DNA from: Thermoanaerobaculia bacterium
Lineage (GTDB): Bacteria > Acidobacteriota > Thermoanaerobaculia > Gp7-AA8
Assembly: GCA_035536275.1 (NCBI GenBank)
Contig: DATLOL010000196.1
Location: 1,196-65,195, forward strand
Direction of reading: 5' to 3'
Length of the DNA: 64,000 nt
Shown: piece after piece, positions 10,093-19,490 of the stretch
How positions within the stretch are numbered: position 1 is the first letter of the stretch
Layout: the number at the start of each line of letters is the position of its first letter
The notes under the pieces: model-generated
The model's input: the letters and a program-made list of their open reading frames with translations, nothing else
Told to the model about the DNA's origin: nothing
Databases searched by the model: none
Program-made: the position numbers and the translations under genes

Positions 10093-11382
10093 GGCGGCAA
10101 TCGTCTCCATCGCTTTCGCGACCTGTCGCTCGCGCTTTTCGATCTTCTTCGCGCGGCCGATGACGTCCTCGATCAGCGCCCAGGTCACGTTTGACGGCTG
10201 GTAACGATCGGGCGACGACTCCGCGACGTGGCGTCCGAGGGCGCCGAGGGCGGTGTGATAGGGAAGCGGCGTGGCGGATCCGGTGCGCGAGATCTCGTCG
10301 ATGTAGCGCGCGACGAGCAGTCCGACGGCTGAGGACTCGACGTAGCCTTCGACGCCCGTGATCTGTCCCGCGAAGAACACCCGCTCGTCCCGCCTGGTGC
10401 GGAAGATCGGCGTGAGGTGCTTCGGTCCGTTGATGAACGTATTGCGGTGCATCGACCCGAGGCGCGCGAACTGCGCGTTCTCGAGTCCTGGGAGCATGCG
10501 GATCACGCGCTGCTGTTCCGGGATGCGCATCTTGGTCTGGAAACCGACCAGGTTGAAGTACTCGTCGGAGAGCTCTTCCTTGCGCAACTGCACGACGGCG
10601 TGAGGGCGCTCGCCCGTCTCCGGATGCTCGAGTCCGACCGGCTTCATCGGACCGAAGCGCAGGGTTTCAATGCCCCGCGACGCGATCTCCTCGACGGGCA
10701 GGCAACCTTCGAAGTGCACGGCGTTCTCGAAGTCGTGCGGCGCGAAGAGCTCCGCGGTGAGGAGCGCCTGCACGAAGGCCTCGTACTGCTCCTTCGTCAT
10801 CGCAGCGTTCAGGTAGTCGGTCGCCGAGCCTTTCCCGTAGCGCGACTTCCAGTACAGCTTCGAGAAGTCGAGCGAGTCCGCGGCCACGATGGGCGCGATG
10901 GCGTCGTAAAAGTACAAACCGTCGCGGCCGAGAAAGTCGTCGATGGCGTGAAACAGTGGATCGCTGGTCAGCGGTCCGGTAGCGACGACCAGGAAGTCAT
11001 GGTCGCCGATATCGAGGGAGGTTATTTCGCTACGGTGAACGGTAATGTTTTCGGCGCTGGTAATTGCGTCTGTAATCGATGCCGAGAATCGATCGCGATC
11101 GACGGCGAAGGCATCGCCGGCCGGAACGCGCGCTTCTTCACCGCTGCGGATGACGAGCGAGCCCATGAGCCGCATCTCCTGCTTCAGCAGGCCCACGGCG
11201 TTGGTGGGGGCGGAAGAGCGGAAGGAGTTGGAGCACACCAGCTCGGCCAGGTTCGACGTGGCGTGCGCGGGCGTCATCTTCACCGGCCGCATCTCATGCA
11301 GGTCGACGGTGTGCCCGCGCCGTGCGAGCGCGTACGCGCATTCACTGCCGGCCAGCCCGGCGCCGATGATCTTGATCCTCAA
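10081..11382 (-). CDS. trmFO: Methylenetetrahydrofolate--tRNA-(uracil-5-)-methyltransferase TrmFO
   Basis: IIGAGLAGSECA, ELVCSNSF, FAGQITGVEGYVES motifs. Confidence 0.95.
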   Translation of the reverse strand: MRIKIIGAGLAGSECAYALARRGHTVDLHEMRPVKMTPAHATSNLAELVCSNSFRSSAPTNAVGLLKQEMRLMGSLVIRSGEEARVPAGDAFAVDRDRFSASITDAITSAENITVHRSEITSLDIGDHDFLVVATGPLTSDPLFHAIDDFLGRDGLYFYDAIAPIVAADSLDFSKLYWKSRYGKGSATDYLNAAMTKEQYEAFVQALLTAELFAPHDFENAVHFEGCLPVEEIASRGIETLRFGPMKPVGLEHPETGERPHAVVQLRKEELSDEYFNLVGFQTKMRIPEQQRVIRMLPGLENAQFARLGSMHRNTFINGPKHLTPIFRTRRDERVFFAGQITGVEGYVESSAVGLLVARYIDEISRTGSATPLPYHTALGALGRHVAESSPDRYQPSNVTWALIEDVIGRAKKIEKRERQVAKAMETIAAVSS

Positions 11383-11678
11383 TTCGAGGGCTCGTTGGAG
11401 AAGGTCACGTTCGCGTCGGCGCGGATCTCACCGAACTTCTGCTCGAAGAGGGAGATGTTGTGGCCGAGGGCTTCGAGGAGCTGCTTGGCGTGCAGCGGGG
11501 TGAGGATGACGCGGCTGTAGACCTTGACGTCGGTGCGGCCGGGAACGACGCGGCCGAGGTCGATCACGAACTCGCTCTGGGAGTGAATGATGTTCGCGAA
11601 GTTGACGTACTCGCCCTGCGCGATCGGATCGTCCAGGATGATGCGGATCGTGCCGGGCTGCTGCTGCTGATTGTCCAT
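11379..11678 (-). CDS. DUF3467-like small protein
   Basis: GEYVNFANIIHSQSEFVIDLG...SRVILTPLHAKQLLEAL..NI..FE.KFGEI; ATG at 11678. Confidence 0.8.
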   Translation of the reverse strand: MDNQQQQPGTIRIILDDPIAQGEYVNFANIIHSQSEFVIDLGRVVPGRTDVKVYSRVILTPLHAKQLLEALGHNISLFEQKFGEIRADANVTFSNEPSN

Positions 11679-11700
11679 GGCGGTCTCAACCCGCCTGCGA

Positions 11701-12435
11701 TCAGGCCGAATTCCGGGCCCGGATGGCGCGCAGCGGCGCATCGGAGACGGCGGCGAGCACGAGACGCGTGGCGTTGTCATGCAGCGCGTCGACGCTCACG
11801 AGCACGCACTCGGCGACGTCGTCCCATCCGCGCAGATTGAGCTGCGACAGCGCGGCCGGCAGCGGCGAGAGACTCGGATTGAAGGCCGCGTTCTCCGCGT
11901 ACGCGCCGCTGACGATCGCACCACCCCGCGTGCGCAACGCGACGCCGGCGTACGACTTCGAGTACGGCGCGTAGCTAATGTTCGCCGCATTTAGCGCGGC
12001 CTGCGCGAGATCGTCATCCGCATCGATCGCGAGTCCGTGATCGTCGCGCTGCAGCAACCCGCCGTCGATTCCGAGATCGCGCGGTCCGAACGACGACGGC
12101 AGGAGCTCCGAAAGCCGGCGCTGCTCGCCGGGCATGATCACCAGCAGCTCGCGCGCGGTCGCGAGCTCGTTGAGAAACTGCCGGCAATAGCCGCACGGCG
12201 CGGCGCTCGTGGCGACGACGTCGATCGCGGTCTCGCCGCTCATCCACGCGTTCACCACAGCGGACTGCTCCGCGTGCACGGTGAAGCTCAGCGCCTCCCC
12301 GGCAAACTCGAGGTTCGTTCCCGGATACAGCTTCCCGCTCGCTCCGCGGGCAATCGCGCCGACCTTGAAGTTGGAAATGGGAGGCCGCGCCAGCGCCGCC
12401 GCCTGCGGGAGCATCGCGATGATGTCGTCGTGCAT
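11701..12435 (-). CDS. cdd: Cytidine deaminase, two-domain E. coli type
   Basis: HAEQSA and PCGYCRQF zinc motifs; second domain SYAPYS...ENAAFNPSL. Confidence 0.93.
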   Translation of the reverse strand: MHDDIIAMLPQAAALARPPISNFKVGAIARGASGKLYPGTNLEFAGEALSFTVHAEQSAVVNAWMSGETAIDVVATSAAPCGYCRQFLNELATARELLVIMPGEQRRLSELLPSSFGPRDLGIDGGLLQRDDHGLAIDADDDLAQAALNAANISYAPYSKSYAGVALRTRGGAIVSGAYAENAAFNPSLSPLPAALSQLNLRGWDDVAECVLVSVDALHDNATRLVLAAVSDAPLRAIRARNSA

Positions 12436-12438
12436 GGG

Positions 12439-12464
12439 ATTGCGGATGCTACATCAGCGGTACT
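12439..12464 (+). promoter_or_regulatory. Conserved 26-bp motif upstream of FG-GAP gene 1
   Basis: ATTGCGGATGCTACATCAGCGGTACT, 25/26 identical to 22703..22728. Confidence 0.6.
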
Positions 12465-12473
12465 CTTACCTTC

Positions 12474-14441
12474 ATGTTCCCCTCGCGCGCCGTGACGCTG
12501 CTCGCCCTCGTGCTGTTGGCCAGTGCCACCTCGGCCGCTACCCGCACGTGGACGGGTGCATCCGGAACGTTGTGGACCGACGCCGGCAACTGGCAGGGCG
12601 GGGTCGCGCCGGCGCCCGGCGACGCGCTGGTGTTTCCGCGTACGGCCCCCAATCTCACGAACACGAACGATTACCCGGTGGACACGATCTTCCACTCGCT
12701 CAGCCTGGGACCGGACAACCAGAGCACCGCGGCGACGATCAACATCAGCGGCAACCGCCTGCGCGTGACGAACGGCGTCATCCTCGGCCACTACTTCCAA
12801 TTCTTCGTGTCGCTCCCGCAGGTCGACCCGGTCGGAACGCAGGCGTGGGGCGGCGACGGGTCTCTCACCATTGCCGGCTCTCCGAATCTGACGATGACGA
12901 CGTCGATCCCGGCCGCCACCACCGTCAACATCAATCACGTCTTCGGGAGCATCACTCTCGGCGGCGCGGGCAGTCTCGCTACCGGAAACCGTACCCTCCT
13001 GACCCTGTACATGACCGGGTTCACCGGCACCGTCAGCACGACCAACCAGCAGTTGCCGTTGGGCGTGTTCGTGGACAACAGCAACGCGCCCGTGGCGACT
13101 TTGCTGTCGACCGGCGCTCCGTGCGAGATGCAGTGCCAGCACGGTCTCACGATCAGGAACTCCGTGCTGGGCACGGTGCAATCGACAGGCGGGAAGGTGC
13201 ATCTCAACGATGCCACACAGTCGTCGACGGTGTCCGTGCTCGACATGAACGGTGCCGCACAGCTGGTCGCGTTCGCGTCGACCGGGTCTCCCACTCCGCT
13301 CACCGTCCTCGACACGTTGTCCCTCGGCGGCGCGTCGCTGCATTTCACGGCCATGGAGCCGATCCCCATGGCCACGACCAAGGTGCTGATCGACAACCAG
13401 ACCGCAAATCCGGTCTCGGGAACGTTTGCAGGTCTACCCGAGGGATCGCGAATCATCGCGTCCGGCACGAACCAGCACTTCGCGATCTCGTACGAGGGCG
13501 GCGACGGCAACGACATCACCCTGACCGCCGTCAGTACGGCGCGCTCCGACTTCGACGGCGACGGCCGCTCGGACATCTTCTGGCGACACACGACCGGCGG
13601 CCAGAACTATCTCTGGACGATGAACGGCTTCACCCCGCAAACGATGGGCTTCGTCAACGACGTCCCGGATCTCGACTGGAAGATCGAGGCTCTGGCCGAC
13701 TTCAACGGCAACGGGAAGAGCGACGTGCTGTGGCGCCACGCACTCACCGGCGATCTCTACATGTACCTGATGGATGGACGCACGATCGTGGGCGCCGGAG
13801 CCGTGGGACAGGTGACGGACCTCGACTGGCGGATTGCCGGCACCGGCGACTTCGACAACGACGGCAAAGCGGACATTCTCTGGCGCCACGAGCTCACGGG
13901 CGAGAACTACCTGTACCTCATGAACGGCATCAACATCCGTTCGGGTGGGAGTCTCTTCACCGTCGAGGACACGGACTGGAAAGTGGTCGCGATCGCCGAT
14001 CTGAACCAGGACCGCATGGCCGAGATCATCTGGCGTCACAGCCAGACAGGAGAAGTGTTCTTCTGGCAGATGAACGGACACGAGAGGCTGGCGTTCGGCA
14101 CGATCACGACCATTCCGGATCAGGACTGGAAGCTCGCCGCGGTCGCGGATTTCGATAACGATGCGTACAACGACCTCCTCTGGCGCCACGCCGTGACCGG
14201 CGAGAACCAGCTCTATCGCCTGCAGAACGTGCGCATCACGCAGCAGTTCGCGCTCGATGCCGTGCACCCGGACTGGGACGTCGCGGGCGCCGGCGACTAC
14301 AACGGCGACGCCAAGGCAGACATCCTCTGGCGGAACCGCGTCACGGGCGAGAACTATCTCTACCTGATGGACGGCGGCACGGTCGCCGCCCCGGGAGCGC
14401 TGCCCCAAATCCCGGACACGGAGTGGACGATCGAGAGGTGA
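12474..14441 (+). CDS. Secreted FG-GAP/VCBS-repeat protein, copy 1
   Basis: Signal peptide; TWTG..W...GNW adhesin-like N-terminus; repeated DFDGDG.SDI(F/L)WRH units. Confidence 0.85.
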   Translation: MFPSRAVTLLALVLLASATSAATRTWTGASGTLWTDAGNWQGGVAPAPGDALVFPRTAPNLTNTNDYPVDTIFHSLSLGPDNQSTAATINISGNRLRVTNGVILGHYFQFFVSLPQVDPVGTQAWGGDGSLTIAGSPNLTMTTSIPAATTVNINHVFGSITLGGAGSLATGNRTLLTLYMTGFTGTVSTTNQQLPLGVFVDNSNAPVATLLSTGAPCEMQCQHGLTIRNSVLGTVQSTGGKVHLNDATQSSTVSVLDMNGAAQLVAFASTGSPTPLTVLDTLSLGGASLHFTAMEPIPMATTKVLIDNQTANPVSGTFAGLPEGSRIIASGTNQHFAISYEGGDGNDITLTAVSTARSDFDGDGRSDIFWRHTTGGQNYLWTMNGFTPQTMGFVNDVPDLDWKIEALADFNGNGKSDVLWRHALTGDLYMYLMDGRTIVGAGAVGQVTDLDWRIAGTGDFDNDGKADILWRHELTGENYLYLMNGINIRSGGSLFTVEDTDWKVVAIADLNQDRMAEIIWRHSQTGEVFFWQMNGHERLAFGTITTIPDQDWKLAAVADFDNDAYNDLLWRHAVTGENQLYRLQNVRITQQFALDAVHPDWDVAGAGDYNGDAKADILWRNRVTGENYLYLMDGGTVAAPGALPQIPDTEWTIER

Positions 14442-14446
14442 GGGGG

Positions 14447-14458
14447 GATTGGTCGGGC
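14447..14458. repeat. 12-bp direct repeat of the tRNA-Pro 3' end (possible att remnant)
   Basis: GATTGGTCGGGC, identical to 25457..25468. Confidence 0.55.
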
Positions 14459-14466
14459 CTCTTCAG

Positions 14467-14492
14467 TTCATCCCGAGCGAAGTCGAGGGATC
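14467..14492. repeat. Truncated half copy of the GTCATCCCGAGC REP-like family
   Basis: ttcatcccgagcgaagtcgagggatc matches the start of 9997..10092. Confidence 0.75.
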
Positions 14493-14554
14493 AATGGAGC
14501 CTCCGCGGCGCCCGTAAAGCCACTCCGGATCGGTCGAAGCCTGACCTGCATCGG

Positions 14555-14584
14555 CGATTGATATGGGGTGATATCGATCGAGAC
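14555..14584 (+). repeat. Isolated copy of the palindromic array site
   Basis: CGATTGATAT-GGGGTG-ATATCGATCG-AG, 28 bp identical to 24810..24837. Confidence 0.9.
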
Positions 14585-14722
14585 GACTCGCAACAGATCG
14601 GTAAGCCACCTGTAGCCGTTTGTTCGGACTGCCGTCACAACTAACTGCCGTCCTTCGGCATATATTCATATCGTCCAAAACGACGCATCGTGAATTTGAC
14701 GGAGTAGCCAGCGGACGGAGTC

Positions 14723-15715
14723 GTGGCGAGTCGTGTACCTGAAGAAGTGTCCGGCGGGTGTACGCGGCCGGTCTTCCGGATTCCGCCGGGGGCGGGAGCG
14801 GACCAGACCGGCAACATCAGGAATCATGCGAGTGCAGTGCTCGTGTTCGGGCCGAACGCCTCTGCGAACGAGGTCACGGCCACACTGGACGCGCTGCCGG
14901 ACACGGTCTGCAGCGCGATCGTGTTTGCAACGCGCGAATCGCTCGCGGACTTTCAACCACTCATCGACGACGATCGCCTCTTCTACCTCGCATGCGGCGA
15001 GCTTCCGCCGCGCGAGCTCGACGCGCTGATCGACAACGCCCTCGGCGAGCGCAAGCCCGCAGCAACACTCGATCGCTACCTCACCGCCGCGAGTCTGCGC
15101 CGGATCGCACTTGCGCAGAGCATCGCGGAGCTCACGAGCGCGCTGCGTGCAGCCGCGGCCACCACGGTCGGCGCGGAGCGCACCCGCTGCGTTCTCTTCG
15201 ACAGCCAGCGTGGAACGCTGTGGGTCCCGGACGAATCGGATGCCGAGAGCACCGCGGCGGGGCTGGTCAGCTTCATCCTCCGGACGGGCGTCGCTGTGTG
15301 TCTCCCGCATCTCGACGGCGACGCGCGCTTCGATCGGGATCTCGACAACCCCGAGGGCAGTAGTGCGGATCGATTCCTCGGCGTCCCCATCCTGGCCGGC
15401 GGGAAGGTCGTGGCGGTGCTCACCGCGATGCGGCCCTCCCACGCTTTGGCGTTCGAGCCAGTCGACATCGCGGCCATGGAAGCGCTCGCGGCACACGCCA
15501 GTCCGTACGCGGCGGCATGGCTCGAGGAATCGCCGGACTCGGGCGGGCCGTTCCGCCTTCGCGCATTGCGCGCGGCCGAGCAGACGCCCGGCTCCGCATC
15601 CGCGCCGCTGCAGCTCGAATCGGCGTGGATGCGCCGCGCGACCTGGCTTTTCTTCGCATCGCTCCTCACGCTGCTGGTTGCGTTCGTCGTGCTGAGGGGG
15701 TGGCTCGGTGAGTAA
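14723..15715 (+). CDS. GAF-domain protein with degenerate receiver-like N-terminus and a C-terminal TM helix; start uncertain
   Basis: GAF-like TAAGLVSFILRTG...D.RFDRDLD...FLGVPI....KVVAVL; FRLRAL..then hydrophobic helix; overlaps the ABC transporter start. Confidence 0.65.
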   Translation: MASRVPEEVSGGCTRPVFRIPPGAGADQTGNIRNHASAVLVFGPNASANEVTATLDALPDTVCSAIVFATRESLADFQPLIDDDRLFYLACGELPPRELDALIDNALGERKPAATLDRYLTAASLRRIALAQSIAELTSALRAAAATTVGAERTRCVLFDSQRGTLWVPDESDAESTAAGLVSFILRTGVAVCLPHLDGDARFDRDLDNPEGSSADRFLGVPILAGGKVVAVLTAMRPSHALAFEPVDIAAMEALAAHASPYAAAWLEESPDSGGPFRLRALRAAEQTPGSASAPLQLESAWMRRATWLFFASLLTLLVAFVVLRGWLGE

Positions 15716-17954
15716 GCGCATGCGCTTCGTGCCCCAGACCGCCGCCGCCGATTGCGGCGCGGCATGTCTGGCCATGACCCTCGGCGTCCACGGCCGGCAG
15801 GTGGCCCTGGAGGACGTGCGGCGCGTGACCGGTCTCTCCCGTCACGGCCTCGACGCGCAGCATCTGGTCGCGGCCGCGGAGCATTTCGGACTGCGCGCGC
15901 GCGGCGTGCAGTTGCGGACTCCGGAAGACCTCGCGTTTCTCGATCCCGGGAGCATTCTGCACTGGGAGTTCCGTCACTTCGTCGTCTTCGAGCGCGCCGA
16001 GAAAACGGGCGCGTGGGTGCTCGATCCCGCGAGAGGCCGTACCTTCGTGTCTCGCGCGGAGCTCGACCGCTCGCTCACCGGCGTGGCGCTGGTGTTCGAG
16101 CCGGGAAGCGATTTCGAGCGCGGCAGCGGCGACGTTCACCGCGCATCGCTTCTCGGCCGGTATGTGAAGCGCGTGCTGCAGCAGGACGCGGCACTCGTGC
16201 GCATCCTCCTGCTCTCGGTTCTGCTGCAGTTGTTCGCGCTCGCGGTGCCGGTGCTGACCGGGTTCCTGATCGATCGCGTGCTGCCCCACGGCGATCGCCA
16301 GCTCTACTGGATCCTGGGCGCGGGCGCCGCGACGCTCGTCGCATTCTCCACGCTGGCGAACTTCATCCGCTCGCACATCCTGCTCGCGGTGCGCACGCGC
16401 CTGGACGCGCAGCTCACGACCGATTTTCTCGAGCACCTCATCCACCTGCCGTTCTCGTTCTTCCAGCAGCGCTCCACCGGCGATCTGATGATGCGCGTCA
16501 ATAGCAACTCCACGATCCGGGAGATGCTCACCTCGGGCGTCCTTTCGGGAGCGCTTGACGGGCTGATGGTGGTGACGTACCTCGTCCTGCTCCTCGTCGC
16601 CGACGTTCGCCTCGGCTTGGTCATCGCCGGACTGGCCGTGCTGCGTGTGGCCGTCCTCATCGGCGCGTTGCGAGTGCGGCAGCGGCTCACCGCGGAGTCG
16701 CTGCAGGCGCAGGCGGCGGCGCAGGGTTATGAGCTGCAAATGCTGTCCGGCATCGAAGTGTTGAAAGCGTGCGGTGCGGAGCGGCGTGCCGTCGGCATCT
16801 GGTCGAACCTCTTCGTGCAGCAGCTCAACGTCTCGCTGGCGCGCGGCCGGCTCGATGCGCTGGTGAGCGCGCTGCTCGACGGTCTGTCGCTGGCGTCGCC
16901 GGTGACGGTGCTGCTGTACGGCGGGATGCGCGTGATGAACGGCGAGCTGACCCTCGGCATGATGCTCGCGCTGGCCGCGCTGGCCGCCGGATTTCTCGCG
17001 CCGCTCTCGCAGCTCGTCGGCAATGCCTCGCAGTTCCAGTTGATCGGCAGCTATCTCGAGCGGCTCGAGGACGTGCTGGCCGCGCCCGTCGAGCCGCAGG
17101 GACGCGACCTGCCGCGGCCGGAGTCGTTCGCCGGGCGCCTGTCGCTCCAGGGTGTCACGTTCCGCTACAGCGCCCTCGTTCCCCCGGCCCTCGCGGATGC
17201 GTCCTTCGATGTCGAGCCGGGATCGCTGATCGCGGTCGTCGGTCCGTCGGGATCGGGCAAGTCGACGCTCGCGGCGCTCGCCGCCGGTCTGCTCGTGGCG
17301 GATGAGGGACGCGTCGGGTATGACGACCGCGCGCTCACCGAGCTTCCGCGCGAGTGGCTGCGCTCGCAGATCGCATACGTTCCGCAGCACTCGTTTCTGT
17401 TCGGGACGACCATCCGCGCGAACATCGCGCTGCAGGATCCGGATCTCGCCTTCGAGCGGATCGTCGAGGCGGCGAAGCTCGCCGAGATCCATGACGAGAT
17501 CACCGCGATGCCGATGGGCTACGACACCCTCCTCGCGGACTCCGGATCGTCGCTCTCCGGCGGACAGCGCCAGCGCATCGCTCTGGCGCGCGCGCTGGTG
17601 ACCCGTCCGAAGATTCTGATTCTCGACGAAGCCACGAGCGCGCTCGATGCCGTCACGGAGCAGAAGATCCAGCGCAACCTCCTGGCTCTGCGCGCGACAC
17701 GCATCGTCGCCGCGCACCGTCTGAGCACGATCCGCGATGCGGATCTCATCGTGGTCCTCGACCACGGCCACACCGTCGAAACGGGCACGCACGCCGAGCT
17801 CGTGGCCCGCGACGGTCTCTATCGCCAATTGGTTTCCGCGCAACTCGAGCGCGCGGAAGAGTTGACCCCGTCAACCCGCGCGCAACCCACGCCCTTCTTC
17901 GGGGTCGAGGCGAGGCACGCACGCATTCAAGGCATTCGAGGAGACACGTCATGA
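15708..17954 (+). CDS. lanT: Peptidase C39-containing ABC transporter (PCAT, LanT-type)
   Basis: QTAAADCGAACL and HFVV C39 motifs; TM domain; GPSGSGKS, LSGGQRQR, ILDEATS. Confidence 0.95.
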   Translation: MSKRMRFVPQTAAADCGAACLAMTLGVHGRQVALEDVRRVTGLSRHGLDAQHLVAAAEHFGLRARGVQLRTPEDLAFLDPGSILHWEFRHFVVFERAEKTGAWVLDPARGRTFVSRAELDRSLTGVALVFEPGSDFERGSGDVHRASLLGRYVKRVLQQDAALVRILLLSVLLQLFALAVPVLTGFLIDRVLPHGDRQLYWILGAGAATLVAFSTLANFIRSHILLAVRTRLDAQLTTDFLEHLIHLPFSFFQQRSTGDLMMRVNSNSTIREMLTSGVLSGALDGLMVVTYLVLLLVADVRLGLVIAGLAVLRVAVLIGALRVRQRLTAESLQAQAAAQGYELQMLSGIEVLKACGAERRAVGIWSNLFVQQLNVSLARGRLDALVSALLDGLSLASPVTVLLYGGMRVMNGELTLGMMLALAALAAGFLAPLSQLVGNASQFQLIGSYLERLEDVLAAPVEPQGRDLPRPESFAGRLSLQGVTFRYSALVPPALADASFDVEPGSLIAVVGPSGSGKSTLAALAAGLLVADEGRVGYDDRALTELPREWLRSQIAYVPQHSFLFGTTIRANIALQDPDLAFERIVEAAKLAEIHDEITAMPMGYDTLLADSGSSLSGGQRQRIALARALVTRPKILILDEATSALDAVTEQKIQRNLLALRATRIVAAHRLSTIRDADLIVVLDHGHTVETGTHAELVARDGLYRQLVSAQLERAEELTPSTRAQPTPFFGVEARHARIQGIRGDTS

Positions 17955-18154
17955 AGAAACAGTTCACGAGCAAGCTCCACCTGAACAAGGAAACGTTGCG
18001 CAACCTGTCCGACCGCGATCTGAAGAGCGCGATCGGCGGCGCGACCTTCAACTGTGTGGAAACGGGCATGTCGTATTGCCAGACCTGTCCGACCGAGAGT
18101 TGTCTCTCGTACGGCAGCAGCTGCACCACCGGCAACGCCCGCTGCTGTTGCTGA
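17951..18154 (+). CDS. lanA: Lanthipeptide precursor: 30-aa double-Gly leader plus 37-aa core with 8 Cys and 11 Ser/Thr
   Basis: MKKQFTSKLHLNKETLRNLSDRDLKSAIGG|ATFNCVETGMSYCQTCPTESCLSYGSSCTTGNARCCC; GAGGAG RBS; lies between PCAT and LanC. Confidence 0.92.
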   Translation: MKKQFTSKLHLNKETLRNLSDRDLKSAIGGATFNCVETGMSYCQTCPTESCLSYGSSCTTGNARCCC

Positions 18155-18165
18155 CGCCAATATCC

Positions 18166-18196
18166 GAGGCGGCCGGAGGGCGCACCCGGCCGCCTC
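18166..18196 (+). terminator. 11-bp GC stem-loop after lanA (stabiliser or attenuator)
   Basis: GAGGCGGCCGG-9 nt-CCGGCCGCCTC with no strong U-tract. Confidence 0.55.
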
Positions 18197-18215
18197 ACTT
18201 CCGGAGAACACGGCC

Positions 18216-19490
18216 ATGTGGCAATCGATCGCCAGCGCGGACACGCGCCGCGAATGCTGGAGCACCATCGAAGAGATCGAGCACGGACTCGACCGGTATC
18301 TGGGGAGCGGCGATGCAACGCTCGATGACGTGACCGGCGGCTACGCCGGCGCCGCATTGTTCTACGCGTACCTCCACGCCGCGAGCGACAACGCCGGCGC
18401 GGCCGACCGCGCCCTGGAAGCGCTGGAACGGAGCACGAGCGCGCTCGCCGAGCGGCAGATGCTGCCGGCGCTCTATTCGGGCTTCCTCGGCGTCGGCTGG
18501 GTCGTCACGCATCTCACCCGCGATCTGTTCGAGGGCGATCCCGGTCTCGCCGGAGAGATCGACGACGCGCTGCGACAACTGCTGTCGAATGTCGAAGACA
18601 AATTGACGTTCGAATTGATCTACGGCCTGGCCGGATACGGGACGTATCTCGTCGAGCGCCTGCCCGATCCCGGAGCAGCCGCGTTGCTGGGCCGCGTCCT
18701 CGATCTGCTCGAAAGCTCACGCGATGCGTCGGGGGTGTGGCACACGGACCCCGGCTGGATGTCGCCGTGGCAACGCGAGAAGATGCCGCAGGGCTCCTAC
18801 AACCTCGGCGTCGCGCACGGGATCCCGGGGGTGATCGGATTTCTGGCCGCTGTCAGGCGCGAAGGTGTCCGCGATCCTCGTCTGGAGCGTTTCGCCGACG
18901 ATGCGGTGCGATGGACCCTGGCCCGGAAGTGGGAATCCCCGCACTCACTCTTTCCGGCTTTCATTCCGGTCGGCGGTGAGCCGTACCCGACGCGGACGGC
19001 CTGGTGTTACGGAGATCTCGGCGTGGCGGCGATGCTGCTCTCCGCGGCGCAGAGCTTTGGGCGCGACGACTGGAGGCGCGAGGCGCTGTCGATTGCCCGT
19101 ACCGCGGCGCGCCGTTCCGTCGAAGACACGCAAGTCAAGGATGCGGGCCTGTGCCACGGCTCGACCGGCATCGCCCACCTCCTCAATCGCATGGCCCAGG
19201 CCAGCGGCGACGACGAGCTTCGCAATGCAGCGGAGCGCTGGTATCGCGTCGCCCTCGACATGCGACGCCCGGGGGAGGGTCTGGCCGGACTCCTGAGCTG
19301 GGTCGACGTGGTCGAGAACGGGAAAATCGTCGGATTCGAGTGGAAGACCGAGCCCGGCTTTCTGTCCGGTGTCGCCGGGATCGGTCTCGGCCTGCTCGCC
19401 GCGGTTACGGACTTCGAGCCGGCGTGGGATCGCGTGCTCCTCGTCGCCATCCCGCCGGACGGCAGCGAGAGCAAGGGAGTCGCTGCATGA
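18216..19490 (+). CDS. lanC: Lanthionine synthetase LanC
   Basis: NLGVAHGIPG, WCYG and LCHG zinc-ligand motifs; ATG 18216 inside ORF 18054..19490. Confidence 0.93.
   Translation: MWQSIASADTRRECWSTIEEIEHGLDRYLGSGDATLDDVTGGYAGAALFYAYLHAASDNAGAADRALEALERSTSALAERQMLPALYSGFLGVGWVVTHLTRDLFEGDPGLAGEIDDALRQLLSNVEDKLTFELIYGLAGYGTYLVERLPDPGAAALLGRVLDLLESSRDASGVWHTDPGWMSPWQREKMPQGSYNLGVAHGIPGVIGFLAAVRREGVRDPRLERFADDAVRWTLARKWESPHSLFPAFIPVGGEPYPTRTAWCYGDLGVAAMLLSAAQSFGRDDWRREALSIARTAARRSVEDTQVKDAGLCHGSTGIAHLLNRMAQASGDDELRNAAERWYRVALDMRRPGEGLAGLLSWVDVVENGKIVGFEWKTEPGFLSGVAGIGLGLLAAVTDFEPAWDRVLLVAIPPDGSESKGVAA

Noticed and set aside
15666-17843. Long antisense and alternative-frame ORFs (also 683..2128, 4977..6782, 22727..24595, 32103..33821, 35321..37270, 52081..53154)
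   Set aside because: They shadow well-supported genes, are Arg/Ala-rich with no motifs, and are expected in high-GC DNA.
19004-19486. N-terminal extension of LanB in the ORF track (1228 aa)
   Set aside because: It overlaps lanC in another frame. ATG 19487, coupled to the lanC stop and preceded by AAGGGAG, gives a normal-length LanB.
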